A program made the position numbers and the translations under genes. From the NCBI GenBank assembly GCA_965222605.1, contig OZ244960.1, positions 1,472,001 to 1,536,000 of the forward strand: a stretch of DNA of 64,000 nt. Direction: 5' to 3'. Positions 29,552 to 41,100 of the stretch are shown piece by piece (positions within the stretch are counted from its first letter, which is position 1; every line of letters starts with the position of its first letter). A model generated the notes under the pieces. It was not told where the DNA came from. It did no database searches and saw only the letters and a program-made list of their open reading frames with translations. This DNA comes from Candidatus Latescibacterota bacterium. GTDB taxonomy: Bacteria > Latescibacterota > UBA2968.

Positions 29552-30440
29552 AGGTATTAGCGATCTTGTGAAAAACGCCCTTTAGTTGTCTCAAATTATG
29601 CTCAAAAGAGGCAGGTACAATATCACATAATGTTCTGGCGAGTGCGGTTGTCAACCCGGCTCGCAGCGGGCGCTGTGCGAACTGCCCAAATTCTGCAGAA
29701 GTGATGGCAGACACCAGCGAAAAATCAAGCCCCATCACCGCACAAATCTGCTCAACCATTTCAAAACGCGTCAAAAAATCCGCCCCGCCAAAATGCACCA
29801 CACCGCGGAAGTCAGTGCGGCAAAGTTTTAAGATAAATGCGGCAAGCTCATCGACAAAAGTCGGATTTGCCCACTCGTCTGTCACCACGCGAATCGCCTC
29901 TCGCTCCGCCAGCGATGAAATGGCCCAGGTCACAAAATTGGGCCGACAAGACGGGTGAAAACCGTACAGTACCGCCGTTCGCACCACAATGCCGGGGCAA
30001 AGTGCATTCAATAGAATAACTTCGCTTTCTAACTTGGTCTGCCCATACACATTCACCGGGTGTGCTTCATCGACCTCGGCATAAGGCCCTTTCTTTCCAT
30101 CAAACACGTAATTGGTCGATAAGTTTACCAGACCACATCCAACTCGTTCACACGCTTGAACCAGATTGCGCGTTCCATCGACGTGTATCGCACGCGCAAG
30201 CGCGGGATTTCGCTCGCATCCATCAACGCTTGTCATAGCTGCCGAATTGATCACCCACTGAGGGCGCACCTGTGCTACCACCTCGTGTACCGAAGCGGGC
30301 TGTGTCAAATCTACGACGAGATGACCCTTTTGACCGCTACGCGACGCAGGTGTCCGCTCCCAATCATCGCAGGATACATCGCAAAGTGCGTGTCCCAAAA
30401 AACCCGATACGCCGACAATGAGCAACCGGTTATTAGCCAT
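29544..30440 (-). CDS. dTDP-4-dehydrorhamnose reductase (RmlD)-like extended SDR
   Basis: GVSGFLG, AAMTSVDGCE, STNYVFDG, YGQTK, NPTFV; start at ATG 30440. Confidence 0.8.
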   Translation of the reverse strand: MANNRLLIVGVSGFLGHALCDVSCDDWERTPASRSGQKGHLVVDLTQPASVHEVVAQVRPQWVINSAAMTSVDGCERNPALARAIHVDGTRNLVQACERVGCGLVNLSTNYVFDGKKGPYAEVDEAHPVNVYGQTKLESEVILLNALCPGIVVRTAVLYGFHPSCRPNFVTWAISSLAEREAIRVVTDEWANPTFVDELAAFILKLCRTDFRGVVHFGGADFLTRFEMVEQICAVMGLDFSLVSAITSAEFGQFAQRPLRAGLTTALARTLCDIVPASFEHNLRQLKGVFHKIANTYV

Positions 30441-31987
30441 TAGTTTTCGCTTTCCCGCACAAATAATGCCAATGCGCGATTCAGAGCACCGGCATATCCA
30501 ATACGATCTATATTGGGTGCAATTAGAGCTGTCAAAATCGCCTCGGCTCGATCTCGATAGCGCGGCATTTTTGTATGCACAAAAAGCCGCATAAAAACCT
30601 GCGCCGCCACGCCATTTCCCGAAGGCAGCCACCGATCAATAGCGGGCGAACTCGCGACCTCTGCCTCCGGCGTTCGATCTCTCAAAGCGCCCGAAGAATC
30701 GGCAAAAGCTGTCATCACCCGATCTGCATGCGTCCGCGCAAATAACAAATCGGCCTCGCGTTTCTGCACCTCAAACAAATCGAGGGCCGCGCGAATGATT
30801 AAAACCTGATCCAGCAAAAAATGGGGCGTATTTAAAGATCGCGCGTGGGCAAACAGGCTATCGTCCTGTACAAATCGCGTCTTAACCTCTTCAAAAATTC
30901 GCCGCCCAGCATCTAAAAAACGCGCCTCTCGAGTTTCGAGAAACGCCGCGCACAAACCCGAAACCGCCAGTGCATTCCAGCCCGAATAAATCTCTGCATC
31001 CCGCAATATATTTCCCGCCCGATCTTTAAAACCAGCCAGCCCGGCCCCCAACAAAACATTGCCAGATACGGCAAACTTTTCGAGCATCGCATCGGCCAGA
31101 TCGCGGGACAAATTTACCCGTGCAAATGCCCGCAATAATTGGGCATTGACCGCCATGTGCTTTTCCGAATCAATCACAGGCCCGCGATGTGTTAATACCC
31201 CCAACACATAAATGCCATCTGTATCGCGCCGTGCGCTGTGTGCAAAATTGACCAAAGGCGAATCAATACCCGCTTCTGCAAGCGCAAGAAGGCCTTCGGG
31301 ACCTGGATCAAAGCCGCTTTTTGCTACCGATTTTAAACTGTCGCGCACGCGGTGCAAAAGCGCTGCGTTGGGTTTGATACCAGGGCGCAGATCTTTCTTT
31401 TTATCGAATTCTACTCGCCGCTTCAACTCTGACCGCTGCACCTCGAGCCTGACGAGCCTATCGGGATTGTCGTACAAAATTTGCACCCACCGCAACAGAT
31501 CTATCATATCATCGGGATCGAGATAGGTGCTGCCCGTAATCCATTGTCCATCGGGTGTCAAAAAAGAGAGCGATGGAACCCCGCCCAGACCAAAACGCTC
31601 AAACAAATCGGGCCGTTGATCAGCATCAACCCATATCGGCAGGGTGTAACGGGCAATCGCCCGCGCAATTTCTGAATCTTCAAAACACCGCGCTGCCAGA
31701 TCGCGACACCAAACCGATCGCTGCGTGTACAAAAACAACAAAATGGGGCACTCGGTAATTCGGGCAGAATCTCTTTGGCTCCATGTCCGCCAGCTTATTT
31801 TTCCGCCATCCAACGCCATTACATCTAATTTGGTCGTCTTATCTCCCCCACCACATGCTAAAAACCCAAACACGAGCGCGATCCAGATATTTTGCCGCAA
31901 AACGACCCGCAAGAGACCACTATCACACAAATTTTTTAAAAAAAAAACATGGAACTCGCTGCATGGGAAAACGTCTAAACCAAACAA
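30440..31987 (-). CDS. DUF255/YyaL-like thioredoxin-domain protein, probable lipoprotein
   Basis: WCRDL, VDADQRPDL, FLTPDG, C-terminal PSGNGVA; FLAC lipobox suggests the true start is near 31900. Confidence 0.7.
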   Translation of the reverse strand: MFGLDVFPCSEFHVFFLKNLCDSGLLRVVLRQNIWIALVFGFLACGGGDKTTKLDVMALDGGKISWRTWSQRDSARITECPILLFLYTQRSVWCRDLAARCFEDSEIARAIARYTLPIWVDADQRPDLFERFGLGGVPSLSFLTPDGQWITGSTYLDPDDMIDLLRWVQILYDNPDRLVRLEVQRSELKRRVEFDKKKDLRPGIKPNAALLHRVRDSLKSVAKSGFDPGPEGLLALAEAGIDSPLVNFAHSARRDTDGIYVLGVLTHRGPVIDSEKHMAVNAQLLRAFARVNLSRDLADAMLEKFAVSGNVLLGAGLAGFKDRAGNILRDAEIYSGWNALAVSGLCAAFLETREARFLDAGRRIFEEVKTRFVQDDSLFAHARSLNTPHFLLDQVLIIRAALDLFEVQKREADLLFARTHADRVMTAFADSSGALRDRTPEAEVASSPAIDRWLPSGNGVAAQVFMRLFVHTKMPRYRDRAEAILTALIAPNIDRIGYAGALNRALALFVRESEN

Positions 31988-32051
31988 AAAAGGCTTGACA
32001 CATGGGTAGGATTTGTTGAAGTTCTAAAATACTTCAGAAACAGGGAAAAGA

Positions 32052-32315
32052 CTATTGAGACACGAATTTGTTTAGCGGGATGGCTTCGTCGATCAACATA
32101 ATGGGAATCGCGTCCTGAATGGGATATAAAAAGATGCGATCTTCGCGCACCAGGCCCCCATCAATCGGCAGTTCAACTTTTTGTCCGCCTCGGTTTTTAA
32201 CCTCGCCTTTTGCAATCGCGCTGTTGATGGTGTCAATCAGCGGTTGATCGGCTAATTTCACGGGCGTTTTGTTCTCTGGGCAAGCCAAAATATCGAGTAA
32301 ATCCCGGTCAATCAC
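32052..32315 (-). CDS. Trm112/YcaR-like small protein
   Basis: LLDILACP ... YPIQDAIPIMLIDEA; GTG start after AAAGGA. Confidence 0.8.
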   Translation of the reverse strand: MIDRDLLDILACPENKTPVKLADQPLIDTINSAIAKGEVKNRGGQKVELPIDGGLVREDRIFLYPIQDAIPIMLIDEAIPLNKFVSQ

Positions 32316-32622
32316 GTTCTTTCCTTTCATCAATCAAAAATTCGTGATCTGAAAATAGGCAACACGCGGGTCTCAAACAAGCGGTTTTTTATTTATTCTC
32401 ACCATTAATCAGGGAAATTTGTCTATCGCATCACCGCTAAAGCGCTGTTTTTTGCATCAGTAAAATCCCGTCGGCTACTTTGTCCGATATCCGAAGATGT
32501 GCCTGCTTTAGCGCGCGATGTTAGAATGCCCCCCCGGTTGGCGGCGCGTTCACACGCGCTCACGGCCGGGTTTTTTACTTGTTTTGCAGGCTTTCCGGCC
32601 AATTCTATAAAGGAGAGTTTCA

Positions 32623-33687
32623 ATGAAATACCGTTTTCTCGCCCTGTTCGCACTTGGTATTGGCCTGCTCAGCACCCCAGCTTATGCAACGCCAGAAAGC
32701 CATGCTGCAGCCACTTTTTTATTGTTCGCACCATCGGCTCGCGCAGCGGGCATGGGCAATGCTTATGTCGCTATTGCCGATGACGCCAATGCTACGTACT
32801 ACAACCCCGCCGCACTGGCCTCGTTACAAATTCACAGTCTCAGCACTACCCTGTACAAACCCGTTCCCCGACTGGCCACCGACATCTTTTCGTCATTCGG
32901 GGCTTACACACACCCGTTTAGTGGCATTGGCAATCTGGGATATAGCCTCATTTACAGTTCTTTAGGCGAACAACAGCGTACCGATGAGGAGGGAAATCTT
33001 TTAGGCACATTTAAGAGCTACGGCATGGCCCTGGGTGTATCTTATGGCACGCATCTCTTCAAAAATCTGGCCCTGGGCATCACAGCTAAGTTCATCCATG
33101 AAAACCTCTCCGACATAGGCGCGGGTATTGAGCAAGGCAAAGGTACAGCGACTTCTTTTGCCGGAGACATAGGTCTCATGTGGGCAGCTACAGATCGGCT
33201 TAGCTTCGGTAGCGTATTGCGCAATGTTGGCCCAAACATGACTTTTATCGATGCCGACCAGGCAGATCCATTGCCACAAAATTTCGTTTTCGGCATTGCA
33301 TACAAAGTGTTCAAAAACAACTCGTCTTCCCTGATGCTCACCGCAGATGTTTACAAACCCCTCGCCTCTGATAATTTCTTCTCCTTTATTTCGGGCTGGA
33401 ACGACGACACCTTTGGCTGGAAGCCCAACCCGGGCGGCAATGGTTTTACGGAATTTGACGATATGGATTACCGCGTCGGTGCCGAATGGATGTACCATCT
33501 TTCTGAAGATTCGGCTTTTGCCCTGCGCAGTGGCTATTCCTATGACAAGGATGGCAAACGCAACTTTCCCACCTTTGGGCTGGGCTTGAAATACAACTGG
33601 GCAAATTTCGATATTTCGTATTTTGTGCCGACGGAAGATACGCCTGCCAGTAATACATTCCGCTTCACGGGTGGATTTATATTTTAA
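32623..33687 (+). CDS. PorV/PorQ-family outer-membrane beta-barrel (T9SS-associated)
   Basis: Signal peptide, FLLFAPSARAAGMGNA, DDANATYYNPA, QADPLP, terminal aromatic residue. Confidence 0.85.
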   Translation: MKYRFLALFALGIGLLSTPAYATPESHAAATFLLFAPSARAAGMGNAYVAIADDANATYYNPAALASLQIHSLSTTLYKPVPRLATDIFSSFGAYTHPFSGIGNLGYSLIYSSLGEQQRTDEEGNLLGTFKSYGMALGVSYGTHLFKNLALGITAKFIHENLSDIGAGIEQGKGTATSFAGDIGLMWAATDRLSFGSVLRNVGPNMTFIDADQADPLPQNFVFGIAYKVFKNNSSSLMLTADVYKPLASDNFFSFISGWNDDTFGWKPNPGGNGFTEFDDMDYRVGAEWMYHLSEDSAFALRSGYSYDKDGKRNFPTFGLGLKYNWANFDISYFVPTEDTPASNTFRFTGGFIF

Positions 33688-33743
33688 TTCTCCAGGTTCA
33701 GCAACTGGCCCTCTTGCGATGAAGAACTATCCGTTGAAATACA

Positions 33744-35096
33744 ATGCTAAATCTCTTGAGATATAATGCTAAACCTCGTCTCCTCGCGCTCGGGACCGTC
33801 AGTTTGCTGAGCTTCATGCTCTTGATTTCGTCTCTTTTTTCGCAAAATAGTAGCCCCCCTTCTCCGGACTTTAATGGCAATGGTGTTGTCGATTTCCCCG
33901 ACTTCTTGCTCTTTGTCACCGCGTTCGGATCTCAAGCCGGTCAAGAGCAGTACGATGCGAAATACGATCTGGATGGCAATGGCGAGATTGCATTTGACGA
34001 TTTTCTGCTATTTGTCGGTAGCTTTGGCAAAGCGGTATCAACACCAACGACACCACCACCCAGCGATCCACGCCTGGCGCGGATTGAACTACCTGAAGGG
34101 TTCCACATTCGCGTGTACGCCGAAGGGGTAACTGGCGCTCGCTCGATGAGCCTCAGCCCAGACGGCACCCTATTTGTCGGCACCCGTCCCAGCGGCCGCG
34201 TGTACGCACTGCGCGACGAAGACGGCGACCACAAGGCAGAACGGGTCATCATCCTCGCCCGCGGCCTGAATAACCCCAATGGCGTCGCCTTCAAGAACGG
34301 CGACCTGTACGTAGCCGAAATCAGCCGCATCCTGCGCTATCGCAACATCGAAGCACAACTCGACAACCCGCCGCAGCCGGAGATCGTCAACAACGCTTTC
34401 CCCACAGATCGCCATCACGGCTGGAAATTCATCCGCTTTGGTCCCGACGGTTTGCTATACGTGCCGATCGGCGCGCCGTGCAACATCTGCGCTCGCGGCG
34501 ATCCGTACGCGTCGATAGGAAGATTGGACGCCAATGATACCTTCAGTATCATAGCGCGAGGCATTCGCAACACCGTCGGCTTCGATTGGCACCCAAAAAC
34601 GGGCCAATTGTGGTTCACGGACAATGGAAGAGACAGGATGGGCGACGATGTGCCCCCGGACGAACTGAACAGAGTAACCGCCGATGGACAGCACTTCGGC
34701 TATCCCTACTGCCATGGCACCAACATCGCCGATCCTGTATTCGGCAATCAGCGCAGTTGCAACGAGTTTATCGCGCCAGTCCAGAATCTCGGTCCGCATG
34801 TAGCGGCTCTGGGAATGCGCTTCTATACCGGCGACATGTTTCCCGAGAAATACCGCAATCAGATCTTCATCGCCGAACACGGATCCTGGAATCGCAGCAG
34901 CAAGATCGGCTACCGTGTCACTCTGGTGCGTCTAAATGACAACAAAGCGATCAGCTACGAGCCGTTCGCAAAAGGCTGGCTACAGGGAGAATCGAACTGG
35001 GGCAGGCCAGTCGATGTGCTCGTCATGCCCGATGGTTCCCTGCTGGTATCGGACGACCAGGCCGGCCTGATCTACCGCATCAGCTATTCTCACTGA
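33744..35096 (+). CDS. PQQ-dependent sugar/L-sorbosone dehydrogenase-like beta-propeller with N-terminal paired EF-hand/dockerin-like domain
   Basis: HHGWKFIRFGPDG, GAPCN, GIRNTVG, PPDELN, HGSWNR, GRPVD; DFNGNG/DLDGNG repeats; start position uncertain. Confidence 0.82.
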   Translation: MLNLLRYNAKPRLLALGTVSLLSFMLLISSLFSQNSSPPSPDFNGNGVVDFPDFLLFVTAFGSQAGQEQYDAKYDLDGNGEIAFDDFLLFVGSFGKAVSTPTTPPPSDPRLARIELPEGFHIRVYAEGVTGARSMSLSPDGTLFVGTRPSGRVYALRDEDGDHKAERVIILARGLNNPNGVAFKNGDLYVAEISRILRYRNIEAQLDNPPQPEIVNNAFPTDRHHGWKFIRFGPDGLLYVPIGAPCNICARGDPYASIGRLDANDTFSIIARGIRNTVGFDWHPKTGQLWFTDNGRDRMGDDVPPDELNRVTADGQHFGYPYCHGTNIADPVFGNQRSCNEFIAPVQNLGPHVAALGMRFYTGDMFPEKYRNQIFIAEHGSWNRSSKIGYRVTLVRLNDNKAISYEPFAKGWLQGESNWGRPVDVLVMPDGSLLVSDDQAGLIYRISYSH

Positions 35097-35105
35097 TCTC
35101 GCATT

Positions 35106-38100
35106 ATGAAACCGAACATACGCTTGACTATGACCCTTCTACACAGATGCGAGATACCCGAACAATTCAAAGCGCATACAGGAGTCTTTTGCTCAATCCT
35201 CCTGTGTCTTGTAGCCCTTTTTGTACAGCCCATTATGGCTGCCGACACCTATCGCGTCTTAGCCGTGCGCGTCTCTTTTCCTCCCGAAGACCCCGACAAC
35301 GAAACCACCAGTGGGAACGGCACATTCAATCTCAGTACAATCGAAAGTTCTGATCGCATCTATCCCTTTGACGCGCCCCCCCACGACCGCACCTATTTTG
35401 AAGCCCACCTGCAGGCACTTTCCAATTATTACCGCGACATATCCCGCGGTCAACTGACCATCGAATACGATGTCTATCCACAAGATCTCACCGCGAGTTA
35501 CGTCCTCAACACCCCCTTGATCGAATACGGCAATGGACGCACGAGGCGCGAAATAAATGAGCGCGTCACGCGGCTCTTTCGAGATGGCATTCGCGCCGCA
35601 GATGGCATTGATGGCGCAACCATAGACTTCTCAAAATACCGTGCTTTTGCAGTATTTCACGCGGGTCTCGGCGGAGAAGCAGGGCAAAAACTCAACGACA
35701 TACCCTCGGCCTTTATTTTTCAACGCGACCTCATCGAACTCGCCGACGGCGCGATTTCCGTCAACAACGGTAATTTTCAGGTCACATCGGGCATGCTATT
35801 GCCCGAAGCTATCAGCACAAATGGCCGGGGCGGTCTCAATGGTACGCTCGCCCGATTTTTTGCCTCGCAACTCGGCTTGCCCGGTCTTTCGGACTTTGAA
35901 AACGATCTGCCCGCAATTGGCGACTGGAGTTTGATGGATACGGGCGCCAACAATCAAATTGATGCCGCGCGCCTGGATCTTCAACCTCTCAGAAATGATC
36001 CCGAATCCACCAGCACAAATTTGATCGGATTTTTGCCCAGTCGCATGATCGCCTGGTCGCGCATGCAACTCGGCTGGATCGAACCACTTTTGATCACCCA
36101 CAACGACACCGTAGAAATCGCCAGTAGCGCGTCCGATCTTCCGCAGGCTATTCGCGTGCCCATCAGCACCACCGAATATTTTTTGATCGAAAACCGCTTC
36201 TCGCGCCTCAATATTGAAAATCGCATTCCGCAAATCGAATTTTCCACCCCTCATAATGTCTGGCTTTCCGCAGACGATTACGATGCGTTCATACCCGGCT
36301 CGGGCATTCTCATCTACCACATTGACGACGCCGTCATTCGGGCCAGCGACGAAAAAAAACACATCAACAGCCATCCCGATTACAAAATTGCACCTGCCCA
36401 ATATCGCCGCGGCATTGCCCTCGAAGAAGCCGATGGCCTGCAAGACATCGGCAATGTATCGGCCAGCCGCATCATTCAAGCTGGTATCATCTCATTAAGC
36501 AGTATTGAAGGCTCGCCAGAAGACGCCTTTTACGTGGGCAACAACACCGTATTTGGACCCGATACCTCGCCAAATACTCGCAGTAATTTGGGCTATGAAA
36601 GCGGCATAACCATCGAAGTGCTCAGTCCTCCCGGCGAAGTGATGGCAGTTGCAATCCGTTTTGCCAATCGGATAGATAACTGGCCGATTACAGACTTAAA
36701 TCCCACGCGAATAGCACCTCGCGTCATCGACCTCGATGGAGATGGAATCAAAGAAATACTACATAGTTCTGGCGCGTGGAAAATCGCGGGCACACCGCAC
36801 GGCACGGACGAGGTGTTTGCCACAACCCCTGCAATTGGCGACCTGGAAACAGGGGACGGATTCATCTACCATCGCGGAGAAACAACCCGCACGCACTGGC
36901 GTCCCGGTGGTACAATCCACGAAACCGTCGATATCACCCCCCCCATATTTCTCTCTTCAACACCCGTCATTGCAAAATTCCCCACAACGTATGTCGATAT
37001 CTGGGGATGGCGTGATGGGAAAATCGAATGGGGTAATTTTCTATCTGAAATCGCGGGCAGTATCACCCTGAACGACGGCATCCAATCACTCGCCGTGGGC
37101 AATATCGACAGCGATTCGGACAATGAACTCATCGCCATTACCAGCAGCGCTCAGATCCACCTCATTCACGGCACCGGCCAATCTACGCCACTCGCCACAT
37201 TCGCATCTCCCATCATCGGCGGCCCGGCAATAGGCGACCTCGACCGCGATGGCGATGATGACATTGCAGTCGTCACAACAGACGGTAGGCTCTCCATCCT
37301 CGACGCCAACGGCCTCGCCTTTGCGAGCGATCCCGTGCCCGGCGGCGCGCATTCATCCCCTGTTGTCGCCGACCTCGACCAGGACGGATTTGTCGAAGTC
37401 CTCTTTGGCGGCAACGGCAAACTCTATCTCTATCGCTTCAACGCCATCTTACAAACCGAAGGCGCAATCGCCTTCCCCATAAAAGACGATGCTGGCCCCA
37501 TCGAAGCACCGCCCATTCTCGCCGATATCAATAACGACGCATCTCCCGATATTTTCATAGGTACACGCGGTGGCCTCCTCTACTGCCTGACCGCCGAAGG
37601 ACATCCCCTACCGGGCTTTCCCCTGCTACTGCCCGGCCCCATTTTCTCATCACCGCTTATCGACGACCTTGACAACGACGGCACCCTGGAACTCATTATC
37701 TATACCGCCGACGGCAGCGCGCAACTCTTCCACATGGAAACAATTGACCCCTCTTATACCGGCAACAAAATTATCTGGGGGCAACGCGGTGGCGGACCGG
37801 GCAACGCGGGCAAATTGCTCCAACAGCCCGACGAAATCGCAATCCCAACAGAAACCTCGCTTTTACCCGCGGAGCGAGCATACCTTTACCCCAACCCGGT
37901 CCGCAATGGCGACAGAGCGCGCATTCGGTTTTTTTTATTAGAACCCGCCGAAATCAGTATGACCATTTACAATCCCCTCGGTGAAAGAGTCGCAGACCTC
38001 ACACACAACAATCCCATGCCCAACACCGACAACGAAATCGCGTGGGATGTAACCGATTATGCCAGCGGCCTCTATATTTGTCGCCTGCAAGCCAGCAACA

Positions 38101-38147
38101 GCACGCGCACAGAGGTGCAATTTATCAAAGCCGCGGTAATTAAGTAA
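35106..38147 (+). CDS. Secreted M6-peptidase-like protein with FG-GAP repeats and T9SS-type C-terminal sorting domain
   Basis: FHAG, LGLP, WSLMD, YFLIENR, GILIYHID (InhA/M6-like); repeated DLDxDG; YPNP...ASGLYICRL C-terminal domain. Confidence 0.78.
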   Translation: MKPNIRLTMTLLHRCEIPEQFKAHTGVFCSILLCLVALFVQPIMAADTYRVLAVRVSFPPEDPDNETTSGNGTFNLSTIESSDRIYPFDAPPHDRTYFEAHLQALSNYYRDISRGQLTIEYDVYPQDLTASYVLNTPLIEYGNGRTRREINERVTRLFRDGIRAADGIDGATIDFSKYRAFAVFHAGLGGEAGQKLNDIPSAFIFQRDLIELADGAISVNNGNFQVTSGMLLPEAISTNGRGGLNGTLARFFASQLGLPGLSDFENDLPAIGDWSLMDTGANNQIDAARLDLQPLRNDPESTSTNLIGFLPSRMIAWSRMQLGWIEPLLITHNDTVEIASSASDLPQAIRVPISTTEYFLIENRFSRLNIENRIPQIEFSTPHNVWLSADDYDAFIPGSGILIYHIDDAVIRASDEKKHINSHPDYKIAPAQYRRGIALEEADGLQDIGNVSASRIIQAGIISLSSIEGSPEDAFYVGNNTVFGPDTSPNTRSNLGYESGITIEVLSPPGEVMAVAIRFANRIDNWPITDLNPTRIAPRVIDLDGDGIKEILHSSGAWKIAGTPHGTDEVFATTPAIGDLETGDGFIYHRGETTRTHWRPGGTIHETVDITPPIFLSSTPVIAKFPTTYVDIWGWRDGKIEWGNFLSEIAGSITLNDGIQSLAVGNIDSDSDNELIAITSSAQIHLIHGTGQSTPLATFASPIIGGPAIGDLDRDGDDDIAVVTTDGRLSILDANGLAFASDPVPGGAHSSPVVADLDQDGFVEVLFGGNGKLYLYRFNAILQTEGAIAFPIKDDAGPIEAPPILADINNDASPDIFIGTRGGLLYCLTAEGHPLPGFPLLLPGPIFSSPLIDDLDNDGTLELIIYTADGSAQLFHMETIDPSYTGNKIIWGQRGGGPGNAGKLLQQPDEIAIPTETSLLPAERAYLYPNPVRNGDRARIRFFLLEPAEISMTIYNPLGERVADLTHNNPMPNTDNEIAWDVTDYASGLYICRLQASNSTRTEVQFIKAAVIK

Positions 38148-38158
38148 CCACCAACACT

Positions 38159-41100
38159 ATGTCTCACAAATTCACACAAATAATTCTCATCCTCCTGATC
38201 CTGAGTACACAGGCTCTCGCGCAATTTGACGCCAATCATCCCGAACTGAACTGGCGCGTCATTGAAACCGAACACTTCAAAGTCTATTACCATCAGGGGC
38301 TGGAAAAATTGGCTCCGCGTGCTGCACAGGTCGCAGAAGATGCTTACGGCCCAGTCGCGTCCTTTTACAATTTTGAACCCAATAGCAAAGTCCGCATCAT
38401 CCTCAAAGACACCGAAGACTATGCCAATGGCGCGGCGTATTATTACCACAACACCATCGAAATCTGGGTCTCCAACCTCGACTTTGCACTGCGCGGCAGT
38501 ACAGATTGGCTCCCAAACGTGATAACGCACGAATTGACGCACATCATCTCGCTCCAAATCGCCCGCAAATCCTCGCGGCGCATCCCCGCCATCTTCGTCA
38601 ACTACCTGCAATATCAGGGCGAAGGCAAACGCGACGACATCCTCGCTGGTTATCCCAATGTCCTGGCCGCTTACGCCATTCCCGCCACCATCATTCCACC
38701 CTGGTTTGCCGAAGGCACGGCGCAATACATGGCACCGGGCGCACAACGCGACCGCTGGGACTCGCACCGCGATATGGTCTTGCGCCAGGCCACGCGCAAT
38801 GGAAGCCTGCTCACCCGCAATGAAATGTCCGTCTTTGGCGCCAAAACAGGTCTCGGATTTGAAAAAGTGTACGACCACGGCTATTCGCTTACCCTATTTA
38901 TTGTCGATACCTTTGGGCGCGACAAACTCCCCGAATTATATCGGCAAATGAAAGTCTGGTGGCGCACGGATTTTGGCGGCGCAATCCGCGCAACCCTGGG
39001 CATCTCTGCAAGCGAATTGCACACGCGCTGGGTCGCATCGCTCAAAAAACGCTATGCGGATCAAATCGCACAGATCGAAACAAACCCCGCACAGGGCGAC
39101 CTCATCCGCGAAGACGGCTACCTCAACCTGCACCCCCGCTGGTCGCCCGACGGCACAAAACTCGCCTACCTCTCCAATAAAGGGCGCGATTATGGGCGCA
39201 CGAGTTTGATGGTCTATACCCTCGCCGACAGCAGCGTGGAACTCGCCGCCCCCAGCGCAGTCACGGCCTTTGACTGGTCAACCGATAGCGAACAATTCCT
39301 CTACGCGCGCCACAGCCAGCCCAACAAATATGGCGGGCGGCAATGGGACCTCTACACCATAGATCCCAAAGCCGCAAAATCGAGCCTGTTTCAAAATGTC
39401 AAAACCGCCATTGGCCTCGCGCGTGCCACCTTCCCGGGTGAAACGAGCCTCAGCACTGGCTCGCGCGGCATTCACCCGGCCTATTCGCCAGACGGAACAG
39501 AAATTGCGTTTATCAAAAACGGCGGGGGCAGCACCAACCTCTGCATCCTCGACATCGCGGCAGACACCATTCGCTACCTCACATCCTTCGACGACGGCTC
39601 ACAGGTCGCCACTCCGCGCTGGTCGCCCGATGGATCGCAAATCGCATTCTCGCTCTACCGAAGCGGCACCTCGCGGGACATCGCCACCATTCCCGCAACA
39701 GGTGGCGACTACACAGTGCGCGTCGCCTCCCGAGAAACCGACCGCGACCCATGCTGGACACCCGATGGCTCATCCCTCGTATTTGCCTCTGACCACGACG
39801 GTATCTTCAACCTCTATCGCGCCAATCTATCTAACGGCGCAATAGACCGCCTCACTCGCGTGTACGGCGGCGCATTTCAACCCCATGTGCATCCAGATAG
39901 CAACCGCATCGCCTATGCCCACTACGGCAAAAAAGCCTACGAAATTCGCGTTATCTCTCAGCCATTAAATGAACCCGTGGAAGCCAATATCTTTCGGATT
40001 GAACCCTTTGCGCCCGTAACGCCCAAACCCGCAATAGCGAGCCGTCCATACAAAAATGAATTTGCAACCACCACCATACTTCCGCGTCTGGCAATCGACA
40101 GCGGCAAACTCAAACTCGGTGCCATAGCGGGATCCGACGACGTCTTGCGAAAACAAACCTTTTTTATCAGTGGACTGCTTGCCCACGATCTGGACATGGA
40201 TTTATACGCGCTTTACGAATACCGCAAAAAACGCCCCACCTTTTTCTTGGAAGCCTACCGTTTATCGCGCCACGTTGAAGAAGATGTAATCAGCCGCGAC
40301 GAAGACTTTCGCATCTACAACCGCACCTTCGCACTGACGGGCATTGAAATAGGTGGCAAATACACCCTGAGACGCGGCGGTATTATCGACGCTCGCCTCG
40401 TGTACAATCGCACGGGCGCGGTTCTGGATCAGGCGCGATTCAACGGCCTCAACCGCGATATAGTGGGCGCCACTACCCTCAACGGATTTGACCTCGCCCT
40501 CACCTATCGCCTCAATGCCATAGGCCGCTCGCGCGACTCGGAAATCAATCCCCGATCCGGACGCCGTCTCGCGCTGCGTTACGACCGTTATTTCAACTGG
40601 TTCATCAGCGGCTTTGAGGAAAATATCTCGCTGATTGTCGAAACCTATGATCGCTATTTCTACAACCAACTCTCCCTCGATTGGAACGAATTTATCCCGG
40701 TTGCCCCCGGGCGTAGTGCGCTGAGCTTCCGCTTTTTTGGCGGCGTAATCGACAGCGAAGTTGACGACGCCTTTGACTTCTTCCTCGGCGGCTTGCCCGG
40801 CATGAAAGGATATACCTTTTACAGCATGGAAGGTCGTCGCGCCCTGATGTTGCGGTCGGCGTATCGCTTTCCCATCTGGTCGCACATCGATCGACAAACC
40901 GGCCCGATCTACTCCGACCAACTCTACGGCGCATTCTTTGCCGGGATCGCACGCGCCTGGGATGGCACACCCGATGATGCAATACTCAAACGCGGCTGGA
41001 AACGCGAACTGGGCGCGCAATTGCGCTACGACGCCACCTCGTTTTATCTTTTTCCCACACGCGCCAGCCTCGACATAGCCTACGGTTTCGACCATGTGCC

